NCBI GenBank assembly: GCA_003141455.1
Contig: PLMA01000026.1
Coordinates: 10,701 to 74,700 of the forward strand
Source: Chloroflexota bacterium
GTDB lineage: Bacteria > Chloroflexota > Limnocylindria > Limnocylindrales > CSP1-4
Direction of reading: 5' to 3'
DNA length: 64,000 nucleotides
In this document: positions 8,970 to 18,040 of the stretch, piece by piece
Numbering within the stretch: the first letter of the stretch is position 1
Layout of the letters: every line of letters starts with the position of its first letter
Program-made: the position numbers and the translations under genes
The notes under the pieces: model-generated
Told to the model about the DNA's origin: nothing
Database searches by the model: none
What the model saw: only the letters and a program-made list of their open reading frames with translations

Positions 8970-9135
8970 TTGTTTTCTTGTCCTAGCCTAGCCGGGATAC
9001 GCTCGCACGTGTCTTTCGGGGGTGTCGGCATCGCGCTAAGGAACTGAACCCCCTCGGGATCCGCACGGAGCTTGCCGGCCGGAGGCGCTTCACCCGCGGC
9101 GCTCCGGAGCCTTGCCCGCAGGAGAGCTGCGGCGC

Positions 9136-10722
9136 TCAGTCGCCGTCGCCCGGCGGTTCCCCAGGTAGCGACAGCGTGAACGCGGCACCGATTCCTTCTC
9201 GTGCGGGCTCCAGCCGCAGCTCGCCATCCATGGCCCGAAGCAGTTGCCGAGAAACGTACAGGCCCAGACCGGTGCCCTCGCCACTTCCCTGAGAAGCGCC
9301 GCGGGTGAAGCGCTTGAACAGCCGCTTGCGGTCCGCCTCCGAGACGCCGGGCCCGTGGTCGGCGATGGTGACGTTGAGGCGGTCGCTCGTATCATCCGTC
9401 CGAACGTCTACCTCGACCCGGCCATCGCGGCCGCCGTACTTCACGGCGTTGTCCAGCAGCGCCCACAAGACCTGATCCAGTTGATCTGGGTCCGCCACGG
9501 CCAGCCAGCCGCGGCCCGCGTCGCGGAGCTCGAAGGCGACTTCCGTGGCGTTGAGCGCCTCCCAGGCCCGCCGAACACGCGGCCCCACGGCGAACACCTC
9601 GACTTCGGGTCGCAGGGCTCCGGCTTCCAGGCGGGTCACCGTCAGCAGCTGCCGGACGAGGCGGGTGAGACGGTCGGCCTGCTCGGCCACGATCTGCAGC
9701 CGCCGGTCTCGAGCCGCTTCTTCCGATCCTGCCCGGAGCTGATCCACGTAAGCGCGAATGCTGGTCAGGGGACTCTGCAGGTTGTGGCTTACGCCTCGCA
9801 GGAACTCGTCTTTGGCCGCGTCCAGCTCGACCAATCTGGCGTTCTGGCTCTCGATCTGTCCGAAGAGCTCGGCGTTGCGCAGGGCCATGCCGACCTCGCT
9901 CGAGAACAGGTCGAGCAGATCCTGGTCGGCGCGCTCCCAGCCCCGCGTCGCCGGGAGGTGGCCGGTGAGAACGCCCAGGGGCTCGCCGCCGGCACTCACG
10001 TCCGCTCGAACCGGGCGCGGGTCGCCGGGGATCGATTCTTCTATGGGCACCGTGGCCGGGTCGACGAGCGCAAGCCGGCAGTCGATCAGGCTGTAGATAT
10101 GGCAGGCGTCCTTCTCGGCGAGGGCCGCCAGCGCCTTGACTCCCTGAGCCGGCGTGTAGGTGGCGACGGCGGTCAGCAGCGCGCCTAGCTCGCGATTGCG
10201 ACGCTGGCTTTCGGCCGCGATGCGATTGTGGCTTTCGGCCAGGCGAGCCAGCTCGTCGTCGCCCGCAAGGTGGATCGGCGGACTGTGCTCGCCGGCAGCC
10301 ACGCGCTCCACGGCGGCGGCTATGTAGCGCAGCGGGGCGGTGAGCGCCGTCGCGGCGAAGGCGGCCGCGAGCAGGCCGAAGAATGCGGCGCCCACGATCG
10401 CGGCGATCAGCAGGGGCACTACTACACGGCCATTGGTGTACAGGCCGGCCAGCATCAGGATCGAGCCGAAGATGGCCAGCGGCACCACCGCCGCGACTAT
10501 CAGACCTACCGTGAGGAGAACGCGGAACGACAGGCCGAGGCGCCCGGCCGTCCGGTGACCCTTGCCGGTGCGGTCGGCCGGGCCCTCGCCCGCGCGGCCG
10601 CCCGTGTCTTCGCGCCTGCGTTCGGCCGTGCCCGCGCGCCTGCGTTCGGCCGTGCCCTCGCCCGCGCCGACGTCGGCGCTCGCGGCACCCGACTCGGGCG
10701 CCGACCCGTCAGGCGTCGTCAT
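9136..10722 (-). CDS. Membrane sensor histidine kinase (2 TM, HAMP, GAF-like, HisKA, HATPase)
   Basis: H-box 'VSHNLQSPLTSI', N-box 'LLDNAVKY', G1 'DHGPG', G2 'GTGLGL'; HAMP 'DDELARLAESHN'. Confidence 0.9.
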   Translation of the reverse strand: MTTPDGSAPESGAASADVGAGEGTAERRRAGTAERRREDTGGRAGEGPADRTGKGHRTAGRLGLSFRVLLTVGLIVAAVVPLAIFGSILMLAGLYTNGRVVVPLLIAAIVGAAFFGLLAAAFAATALTAPLRYIAAAVERVAAGEHSPPIHLAGDDELARLAESHNRIAAESQRRNRELGALLTAVATYTPAQGVKALAALAEKDACHIYSLIDCRLALVDPATVPIEESIPGDPRPVRADVSAGGEPLGVLTGHLPATRGWERADQDLLDLFSSEVGMALRNAELFGQIESQNARLVELDAAKDEFLRGVSHNLQSPLTSIRAYVDQLRAGSEEAARDRRLQIVAEQADRLTRLVRQLLTVTRLEAGALRPEVEVFAVGPRVRRAWEALNATEVAFELRDAGRGWLAVADPDQLDQVLWALLDNAVKYGGRDGRVEVDVRTDDTSDRLNVTIADHGPGVSEADRKRLFKRFTRGASQGSGEGTGLGLYVSRQLLRAMDGELRLEPAREGIGAAFTLSLPGEPPGDGD

Positions 10723-11416
10723 GGGTCGACACCAGGCGGTACCCGACGCCGCGCACGGTCAGAAGGTGAACCGGCACGTCCGGATCCACCTCGATCTTCT
10801 GGCGGAGCCGGCGAATCGAAACCCAGACGTAGGAGGTGTCGGCCCCCTCGGTCTCCGTCCATCCTCGGGCGAGCAGCGTTTCGGTCGGGACGACCTCGCC
10901 CAGGTTGCCGGCCAGCGCGTGGAGGAGCCGCGACTCTGTGGGTGTCAGCTTGACTTCGGTCCCGCCGACGGTGGCGGCTCGGCGATGCAGATCGATTGTC
11001 AGGTTCGGCCCGAGCACCAGCGACTGGCGCGGGATTCGATCGCCCAGCCTGCGCAAGACGCGCTGGATTCGAGCTCGCAACTCGGGGTAGTTGTAGGGCT
11101 TGGTGACGTAGTCCTCCGCGACCTCATCGAGCAGGTGGGCCTTGCTGTCGGCGGTGTCTATCGCCGAGAGGACGATGATCGGCAGATCCGCCGCTGCCTT
11201 GATCTCGCGGGCCACCGCCAGGCCGTCTACGCGAGGCATCATCAGGTCCAGCAGGATGAGGTCCGGCCATCCGGCTTCGAGCCGTCGCAGCGCCTCCTGG
11301 CCGTCGCGCGCCGTCGCCACCTCGTAGCCGTCGTCGTGAAGCTGCTCGGCCAGGACGACCAGCAGGTTCGCGTCGTCGTCGACGAGCAGGATCCGTTGCG
11401 GCCGGGGCTCGATCAT
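10709..11416 (-). CDS. OmpR/KdpE-family response regulator
   Basis: 'LLVDDD', 'LILLDLMMP', 'VTKP'; winged helix 'LTPTESRLL...IRRLRQKIE...TVRGVGYR'. Confidence 0.92.
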   Translation of the reverse strand: MIEPRPQRILLVDDDANLLVVLAEQLHDDGYEVATARDGQEALRRLEAGWPDLILLDLMMPRVDGLAVAREIKAAADLPIIVLSAIDTADSKAHLLDEVAEDYVTKPYNYPELRARIQRVLRRLGDRIPRQSLVLGPNLTIDLHRRAATVGGTEVKLTPTESRLLHALAGNLGEVVPTETLLARGWTETEGADTSYVWVSIRRLRQKIEVDPDVPVHLLTVRGVGYRLVSTHDDA

Positions 11417-11552
11417 TGCGGTCTCGTCTCCCCCGAGGGCCCAGCGACGCGGGCGTCGCCGCGAGTATAGGTGGGGGAAGGGCGGCGTGATCCGATGCTA
11501 GCGAGCGGCCGGCCCCAGCCCGACAGGACGGGTCGTCTGTCCGGGAGCGGAC

Positions 11553-12407
11553 CTATTCCGCCTTCGCGTCGAAGTAGCGGCAGCGAAGGGCCAGCGGGCA
11601 GTGCTCGCAGTCGGGGCGTTGGGCGTGGCATGTTCGCCGGCCGTGGGTGATCAGGGAGACGTGGGCCTCGTACATCCGCTCCGGGCTCAGCATCGCAAGG
11701 TAGTAGTCGTGGGCCACGTCCGCGTCCGCCTTTGCGGGAATCAGGCCGACCCGCGAGCTGACCCGATGGACGTGGCGATCCACCGGCATGAGCGGTAGTC
11801 CGAAGCTGAAGAGCAGAACCACGGACGCCGTCTTCTTGCCGATGCCCGGAATCGCCGCGAGCCAATCGCGGGCCTCGAGGGGTGGCATGGCGGCCAGGAA
11901 CTCGAGCGAATAGCCGCCGCCATTGGCGAGCAGCGCTCGAAGGGCGGCCTGGATGCGAGGCGCTTTCTGCGGGCCCAGGCCGCCGGGGCGGATGACGTCG
12001 ATCAACTCCCCGATCGGCGCCGCGTCCACGGCCGACCAGTCCGGTGGAGGGAGATCCGGCAGGCCGCGGCCGCCCCAGCCGGGGAACGGGCGCGGTTCGG
12101 AGGATACGTCGGCAGGCGCGGGCGCAGACGGGTAGGCGGCCCGGAGGGCGGCGAAGGCGGCTTCGGCGTTGGTGTCGGCGCTGTTCTGGGACAGGATCGT
12201 CAGGACCAGCTCGCTCGTGGGATCGAGGCGGCGTTGCCACGCCGGCCGGCCGTTCGCTTCGGCCAGCCGATCCAGAACGAAGGCGAGGAGCCCGGGGCGT
12301 TTGGCGTCCAGCTGGCGGGCCCACGCTCGGGCGACCTGCTCGGGGGAGCGCTTCTTCGCGGCCCGCCTGGCGGCAGGCTTCGAGCGCTTGCTTCGGCCGG
12401 GCGTCAC
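11553..12407 (-). CDS. nth: Endonuclease III family HhH-GPD glycosylase with 4Fe-4S cluster
   Basis: 'LVLTILSQN', HhH 'IPGIGKKTA', 'PVDRH', C-x6-C-x2-C-x5-C. Confidence 0.85.
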   Translation of the reverse strand: MTPGRSKRSKPAARRAAKKRSPEQVARAWARQLDAKRPGLLAFVLDRLAEANGRPAWQRRLDPTSELVLTILSQNSADTNAEAAFAALRAAYPSAPAPADVSSEPRPFPGWGGRGLPDLPPPDWSAVDAAPIGELIDVIRPGGLGPQKAPRIQAALRALLANGGGYSLEFLAAMPPLEARDWLAAIPGIGKKTASVVLLFSFGLPLMPVDRHVHRVSSRVGLIPAKADADVAHDYYLAMLSPERMYEAHVSLITHGRRTCHAQRPDCEHCPLALRCRYFDAKAE

Positions 12408-13702
12408 GCGACCGGCTCTCTGGCCGCCCCTCTGGCCATGGCTTTGGCCTCGGCCGTGGATTTGGCCCCGGTCGTGGCCGTGGCCCCGGTCGTGGCCGTG
12501 GCTTCGGCCGTGGCTTCGGCCCGTGCGCCCCGCCGCTCGCCCACCAGAGCGCCCAACTCGACGATCCGTGCCAGCCGCGCGCCGGCGGCGGTGACGAGCG
12601 GCGCCGCCCTGCTCATCGCGTCTTCCAACGTCATCGGCCCATCGAGAATCGGGATCGCCAGAGCCCGGGCTCTGGCCAGCGCCGCGACCCCCTCAGGCGT
12701 TACTGAGCCGCCGACGGCCAGGCACGGCACACCCGCGGCCTCGGCACGTCGCGCGACGCCCAGCGCCGTCTTGCCGAACGCCGTCTGAGCGTCGATCTGG
12801 CCCTCTCCGGTCACCACGAGGTCGGCGCCCACCAGCTGCTGATCGAAGCCCGTCTCCTGCATGACCACTTCGATCCCGGGGACCAGCTCGAACGCCCGCA
12901 TCCGGGGCGCCAGGCACAACAGGCCGAAGCTCGTGCCGCCGGCCGCCCCCGAGCCCGGTGTGTTCCGGGCCCGCGCTCCGGAGGCCGCCTCGAGCAGGTC
13001 CGCATACCGCGTCAGCCAGGCTTCGAGCTTGATCACGTCTTCCGGCCAGGCGCCTTTCTGCGGAGCGTATACGGCAGCGGCACCTTGCTCGCCGAGCAGC
13101 GGATTGGTCACGTCGCAAGCTATGCGCAGTTCCAGCTCGCGGATGCGCGGATCGAGGGCAGCCAGGTCGACTATGTCAAGGTCGGGGATCGGTCCGGGCA
13201 GTGGCCAGCCGGAGCCTCGATACCAGACCCCCATGGCGCGAAGCAGCCCCGCGCCTCCGTCCGTGGTGGCGCTGCCACCGACTCCCATGACCACGTGGCG
13301 AACGCCCGCGTCGAGCACCGCCTTCAGAATCTCGCCGGTTCCGTCGGTCGTGGCCGCGAGAGGTGCGCGCGGCTCTCCCTCCGGGAGGCGGGACAGGCCG
13401 GACGCCTCGGCCAGCTCCACCGCCGCCCGCTGACCATCCACGGACAGCAACCAGCGCGCGGTCAGCGGACGGCCCAACGGGTCGTGGGCCAGGCACTCCT
13501 GCCAGTCCCATCCACCGGCCTCCGCCATAGCCGCGAGCATCCCTTCGCCGCCGTCCGCGAGCGGCGCCAGGGTCAGTTCATCGTGCGGGCGAGCTAGGGC
13601 CCAGCCATCGGCGAGAGCTCTCGCCACTTCCACGGACGAGAGCGAGCCTTTGAAGGAGTCAGGCGCCAGGAGCACGCGAAGGCGATCGCCGCGGCTGGTC
13701 AT
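12404..13702 (-). CDS. glxK: Glycerate kinase (GarK/GlxK family)
   Basis: 'LAPDSFKGS', 'PLADGGEG', 'GGSATTDGGAG', 'CDVTNPLLG', 'TGEG..D.QT.FGK'; ATG 13702 overlaps the upstream stop. Confidence 0.9.
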   Translation of the reverse strand: MTSRGDRLRVLLAPDSFKGSLSSVEVARALADGWALARPHDELTLAPLADGGEGMLAAMAEAGGWDWQECLAHDPLGRPLTARWLLSVDGQRAAVELAEASGLSRLPEGEPRAPLAATTDGTGEILKAVLDAGVRHVVMGVGGSATTDGGAGLLRAMGVWYRGSGWPLPGPIPDLDIVDLAALDPRIRELELRIACDVTNPLLGEQGAAAVYAPQKGAWPEDVIKLEAWLTRYADLLEAASGARARNTPGSGAAGGTSFGLLCLAPRMRAFELVPGIEVVMQETGFDQQLVGADLVVTGEGQIDAQTAFGKTALGVARRAEAAGVPCLAVGGSVTPEGVAALARARALAIPILDGPMTLEDAMSRAAPLVTAAGARLARIVELGALVGERRGARAEATAEATATTGATATTGAKSTAEAKAMARGAAREPVA

Positions 13703-15720
13703 CGCGACCCCGCCGGCCCTTCGCGGCTGGTAGCCGGCCGCTCGCCGCTCGGCGCCGACCCTTGGGGAGCTGCGCCCGCGACCACGGTCCGGCCCGCCTC
13801 GGCACCAGCCGAGCCTTCGTTGCGCCGTTTCTCCAGGTACTCGGGGATGCGGATCATCGGCGGGCGTTCGTGGTCGGCCAGCTCGATGACCTCCAGTCCC
13901 AGGCGACCGTGCCCGGAGCGCGGCAGCTTCATCGTCGATCCGAGATCGGCGAAGAGCCGCGTCTTGCTCCGTTCCTCGAGCCGCTTCATGACCGCCTGCA
14001 GGATCACGAAGCTCATCCGCGACAACCCCTCGAGTTCCTGGTTGCGGTGGATACGCCGCTCCAGGTCTACCTGGCCCAGCCCCTCGAGGCCGCACCGTTC
14101 GGCGACGTCGATGAGGTGGCCGATCTCGACGGCATAGCCGGTGAAGAAGGAGAGCGTCTCGAGCAGGCTTCGCCGGCCTGCGTACTCACCGGACAGCGGC
14201 TGGATCAGGCCGGACAGCTCGGGGAAGAAGAGATTGATCAGTGGTCGCGCGACCAGTTCGGTGACCCGTCCTCCGCCGCCCTCCTTGAGGATGCCGTCCT
14301 CGACGATCGGACGCCGGTAGTAGCCCTTCACGTACTGGATCCGCTCCTCGGCGATGAGCGGCCCGACGGTGCCGTACACCATCCGCGGGTGCCAGTTGCG
14401 GACGTCCGTGTCGGCCCAGGCGACGATGTCGCCGCTGGTCTCGAAGAGGCTCTTCCAGAGCGCCTCGCCCTTGCCGGTGAAGCTGCCGTATCGGGTCAGG
14501 ACCTGCTGATGGATGACGACCCGAGCGCCTTCGGCCGCGGCCGCCTCGCGGGTTCCATCGGATGAGTCGGAGTCGATGACGAGCAGCTCGTCTACCAGCG
14601 GATGGCGTTCCATCAGCTCGCGCCGGGCCTTGCCCACGATCTCGCCGATCGTCTCTTCTTCGTTGAGAGACGGCAGGACCAGGCTGACCGTCAGCCCCTG
14701 TTTCTGTTTGAGACTTACCAGCCGATCCAGGTCCCCGAATTCCCGGTGATGGAAGTTCGACTCTCCAAACCAGCGCTCCACCCGAAGCGGAACCGATCGA
14801 GCTTCGTGGGCGGCTCGTTCGGCCGCGGCCAGGGTTTCGGCGCGCTGCTCCAGCTTCTCGAACGTGGCCTGGCCGATCGCCTCTCGGGTCTTGACGACGA
14901 TCACGGTCTTGCGCGAACGCGTCGCGATCGCCTCGGGCAGGGCTCCGAAGAGGTAGGTCTCTCCGTTGCTGGTGGCCGGCGCGGCGGAAGCGCCCATGAC
15001 GACCACATCCGCGGTCTCGGCTTCGCGCAGGATGGCGTTGCGGATGTTCGGTGCCTCGCGAACGGCCTGCTCCACCTGGCCGTCCGCGTGCTGGCGGATG
15101 AAGTGGGCCAGGGCGCGCTCGGACTGCGTTCGGAGTCCTTCGGCGATGCCGCGGGGGACAAGGTGCAGGGCCACGATGCGGCCGTCGTTGCGATGAGCCA
15201 GGGCGTCAGCGAAGCGCAGCGCCAGGACGGCGTGAGGGCCGCCGCGGATCGGCACGAGGATGCGCTTGATTTCGGCCGGGCCGCGTTGCTTGACCACGGC
15301 GATATCGCATGGGGAGTCGCGGACGACTTCGTCGATGGTCGGCGAGAAGACCGACGCCTGTGCCCCGGGCCTGGCCGGAGATGGCTTGCCGCCCCAGCCG
15401 AAGACAATCAGATCCGCGTCCAGCTCCGTCGCGGCTTCCACGACTCCCTCGGCCGCGCGGCGTCCAATGCGGACGATGGGATGAATAGTGACGCCCTCCG
15501 GGGCATAGTCGAGGACTCGCTGGAGGAGCCGGCGGGCCTGCCGGGCGCGCGTGGCGCCCTCGCTGAGGGGCGTCCCCTCGGGCACCTCCACGATGCCGAG
15601 CACGGTCAGGGTGCCGGTCCGGCGATCCATCAGCGAGGCTCCGAGGCGGACGAGCTCCTGGGCGGTGAGGGGGTTCGCCACCGGAATCAGGATCCGCGAC
15701 GGAAGCGGAGTGCGTGTCAT
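13699..15720 (-). CDS. gpgS: Two universal-stress-protein domains fused to glucosyl-3-phosphoglycerate synthase
   Basis: N-terminal USP domains ('RILIPVAN', 'DLIVFG', 'RILVPIRGGPHA', 'DVVVMGA'). C-terminal GpgS 'LVLPSLNEEETIG', 'GKGEALW', 'WADTD', 'GGRVTELVARPL', 'QPLSGEYAGRR', 'GYAVEIG'. Confidence 0.85.
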   Translation of the reverse strand: MTRTPLPSRILIPVANPLTAQELVRLGASLMDRRTGTLTVLGIVEVPEGTPLSEGATRARQARRLLQRVLDYAPEGVTIHPIVRIGRRAAEGVVEAATELDADLIVFGWGGKPSPARPGAQASVFSPTIDEVVRDSPCDIAVVKQRGPAEIKRILVPIRGGPHAVLALRFADALAHRNDGRIVALHLVPRGIAEGLRTQSERALAHFIRQHADGQVEQAVREAPNIRNAILREAETADVVVMGASAAPATSNGETYLFGALPEAIATRSRKTVIVVKTREAIGQATFEKLEQRAETLAAAERAAHEARSVPLRVERWFGESNFHHREFGDLDRLVSLKQKQGLTVSLVLPSLNEEETIGEIVGKARRELMERHPLVDELLVIDSDSSDGTREAAAAEGARVVIHQQVLTRYGSFTGKGEALWKSLFETSGDIVAWADTDVRNWHPRMVYGTVGPLIAEERIQYVKGYYRRPIVEDGILKEGGGGRVTELVARPLINLFFPELSGLIQPLSGEYAGRRSLLETLSFFTGYAVEIGHLIDVAERCGLEGLGQVDLERRIHRNQELEGLSRMSFVILQAVMKRLEERSKTRLFADLGSTMKLPRSGHGRLGLEVIELADHERPPMIRIPEYLEKRRNEGSAGAEAGRTVVAGAAPQGSAPSGERPATSREGPAGSR

Positions 15721-17279
15721 CGAGCTGGCTCTTTCGGCGTACGCGGCGGCCGGCCGCGCTTCGCCGACCCGCTCGTAGCGGCCTCGCCACGGTCGGCGGC
15801 CTCGCCACGGTCGGCGGCCTCGCCACGGTCGGCGGCCTCGCCGCTGTCGGCGGCCTCGCCACGGTCGGCGACGCCGGCGCTGACGACGCGGGCATCGGCC
15901 GCCGCCTGCCAGTGCTTGACGAGATACGGCTTGAGCAGCTCGAACTCGCGGGCCTGTCGCTCGACCCGCTCCTCGGCCTGGTCGTCGGTGAGGCGCCGGT
16001 TCTCGACGACGAGGCTCCCGACCCGGCCGAAGTAGATCGGCACGAACGCCGCCACGAGCCGTTCCACGGGCACGTCGCCGAAGCTCGCGAAGACCATCAG
16101 GTCGTAGAAGACGCGGGCCCAGAGATCGTCCGGGAAGTGGAAGGTGGCCACGGCATCGGACAGGACGTCGGTGGACGGCGACCCATCCCCCGCCGAGCTC
16201 GCGCCGGACTCTCGCCCGAGTCCCAGGCGGTGGGCCGCCGCCTCGGCCAGGGATCCGGCCTCCTCGGCGAGCGCCAGCACGTGCTTGCAGTTGCCCGGCG
16301 CCAGGAACCGTTGCCACGTCTCGGCGAGCGTCAGCGAGCCGGCGTGGAACTGGCTCAGAAGGCGCAGCGTGTCGACCTCCAGCGCGGGCGGCTCGGCGTA
16401 CCGCTCGAACCCGTATACGGGCACGTCATGGCTGCCGCTGATGGCGAGCCAACGGTCCGCGTTGTCCCGTGCCATGGTCAGAAGCGTTCCGACGACCTCG
16501 CGGAACATCGGCCCCAGGTCTGAGCCTGGGTCCTTGGCATCGTGGATCTTGGCACCCAGCCGCGTCTGGCACACCGCGAAGCCGCCGGTCAGGGCGGTCG
16601 TCGTCATCCAGATGTCGATGCCGAAACGAGAGACGTCCGGCGTCCAGCTCTCCTGCTCGAGGTAGTGGCGGATCAGGTCACCGCTGATCCCGAAGTCGCC
16701 GCCGATCGGCTGGCGGATGCGGTGCCCGTACAGCGCCCGTGTCACCGGGTAGGTGACGGTGTTGGTGATCGTGCCGTCGTACTTGTAGCGCGAGTACAGG
16801 GGAGCCACGAAGTCGTACCCGCCCTTTACGATCGGGCCGGCCAGCAGCTCGATCCACTCCGGAACGATCGACCTCAGGTCCGAGTCGACGACGACCAGCG
16901 CCTCGACCTCCAGCGCGGCCGCCATCTCGAAAAGGGTCCGCAGCGCCGCGCCCTTGCCTCCGATCCCATCGACATCGGGGTAGGTCAGGCTGACTCGATC
17001 GAGGCGGTTCTTGGGGTGGACGAGCAGGATCTGTTCGACGTAGCCGGGCGGCTCGGTCTCCACCACCACGCGCTGAGTTCCGTCGGGTGATCCGGCGTCG
17101 GCGTTCACCAGGACCGGGCGCAGGTCCGGGAAGTACTGGACCAGGCCGGCCTGAGCCGCGCGGACGACATGGCCGATAGTCGCCGCGTTCCGAAAGCTCG
17201 GAATGCCGACCATGATGTCGGCGCAACCGAGCCGGGCGATCTGGTCCCGAATTGCTGGCGTGAGGGCGCTGGACGGCAT
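15717..17279 (-). CDS. Single-step glucosylglycerate/mannosylglycerate synthase-like glycosyltransferase
   Basis: 'GIPSFRNAATIGHV', 'GKGAAL', DxD 'VDSDLRSI', 'RYKYDGTITN', 'RQPIGGDFG', 'FGIDIWMT'; TG-G-TACGGT -10 lies 7 nt before the ATG. Confidence 0.75.
   Translation of the reverse strand: MPSSALTPAIRDQIARLGCADIMVGIPSFRNAATIGHVVRAAQAGLVQYFPDLRPVLVNADAGSPDGTQRVVVETEPPGYVEQILLVHPKNRLDRVSLTYPDVDGIGGKGAALRTLFEMAAALEVEALVVVDSDLRSIVPEWIELLAGPIVKGGYDFVAPLYSRYKYDGTITNTVTYPVTRALYGHRIRQPIGGDFGISGDLIRHYLEQESWTPDVSRFGIDIWMTTTALTGGFAVCQTRLGAKIHDAKDPGSDLGPMFREVVGTLLTMARDNADRWLAISGSHDVPVYGFERYAEPPALEVDTLRLLSQFHAGSLTLAETWQRFLAPGNCKHVLALAEEAGSLAEAAAHRLGLGRESGASSAGDGSPSTDVLSDAVATFHFPDDLWARVFYDLMVFASFGDVPVERLVAAFVPIYFGRVGSLVVENRRLTDDQAEERVERQAREFELLKPYLVKHWQAAADARVVSAGVADRGEAADSGEAADRGEAADRGEAADRGEAATSGSAKRGRPPRTPKEPAR
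15778..15870 (-). repeat. Five copies of an 18-bp coding tandem repeat (ADRGEA)
   Basis: GCGGCCTCGCCACGGTCG x5 on the + strand, one variant copy (ADSGEA). Confidence 0.9.
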
Positions 17280-17335
17280 CGTCGTCACCGTACCACGCCT
17301 TGCGGGTCCGGGGCAGATGCGGCGGGCAGCCCGGC

Positions 17336-18031
17336 CTACTTGATGGGCATCGGCGCGATGGACCAATCGTCATTGCGGCCGCTCGGTATGTAGCGGCTGT
17401 TGGCTGCCTTGAAGGCCAGCGCCCCGAAGCCGAGAGCGCGCCACGTGGCGACGAAAGTGCCGATGGGCGGCCGAACGAAGGGGGTGATGCGGACCAGCTC
17501 GCCGGTCCGCAGGGCCCCGTCGAGGAGGCGCTTTCGCTCCAGCAGCGGGACGTCCAGCAGGCTCGCCCCGTCGATGCTCAAGAGGTCCACGGCGACGAAG
17601 GCGATCGGCCGGTCCGGGTCCAGGCGATTCGTGGATTCCGACGGGCGCGACCTTCGAGTTCCGACGAGCATCTGGGTCATCATCTGGCCCGCGCTTGGCG
17701 CTTCGATGCCTGTGATTGGGATGCCCGCCGTGGCCTGCGTCGGCTCCACCGTCAGGAAGCCGTCGAGAATCAGCTCGTCGGCCAGGGCCGCGGAGCTGAT
17801 CTCGTCCGCGACGGCGGCGAACTCGTCTGTGCAGTCCTCGCCATCCTCATCAACGAGGAGGGTCCGGCCGAGCTCGAACCGCGCGAGGATGCGCACGCCT
17901 CCCCAGCTGGGTTCGATCAACGGATCGGGGACGGAACGACTGCCTCGCCCGAATCGCTGCGGACGCCACTGCTCGGGGCGCTCGGGTGGGGCTGGCGAGG
18001 CCGGCGGGGCCGCGCGGCGCAGGAAGGGCAT
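17336..18031 (-). CDS. ATP-dependent DNA ligase adenylation-domain homolog, catalytic residues lost
   Basis: Motif scaffold I 'IEPSWGGVR', III 'ILDGFL', IIIa 'FVAVDLL', 'PLLERKRLL', IV 'GFGALAFK', V 'SRY...DW'; no OB domain. Confidence 0.75.
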   Translation of the reverse strand: MPFLRRAAPPASPAPPERPEQWRPQRFGRGSRSVPDPLIEPSWGGVRILARFELGRTLLVDEDGEDCTDEFAAVADEISSAALADELILDGFLTVEPTQATAGIPITGIEAPSAGQMMTQMLVGTRRSRPSESTNRLDPDRPIAFVAVDLLSIDGASLLDVPLLERKRLLDGALRTGELVRITPFVRPPIGTFVATWRALGFGALAFKAANSRYIPSGRNDDWSIAPMPIK

Positions 18032-18040
18032 GGCCGGATT

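Noticed and set aside
15778-15870. CRISPR-like array
   Set aside because: Head-to-tail 18-bp units without spacers, in frame within a CDS; no cas genes.
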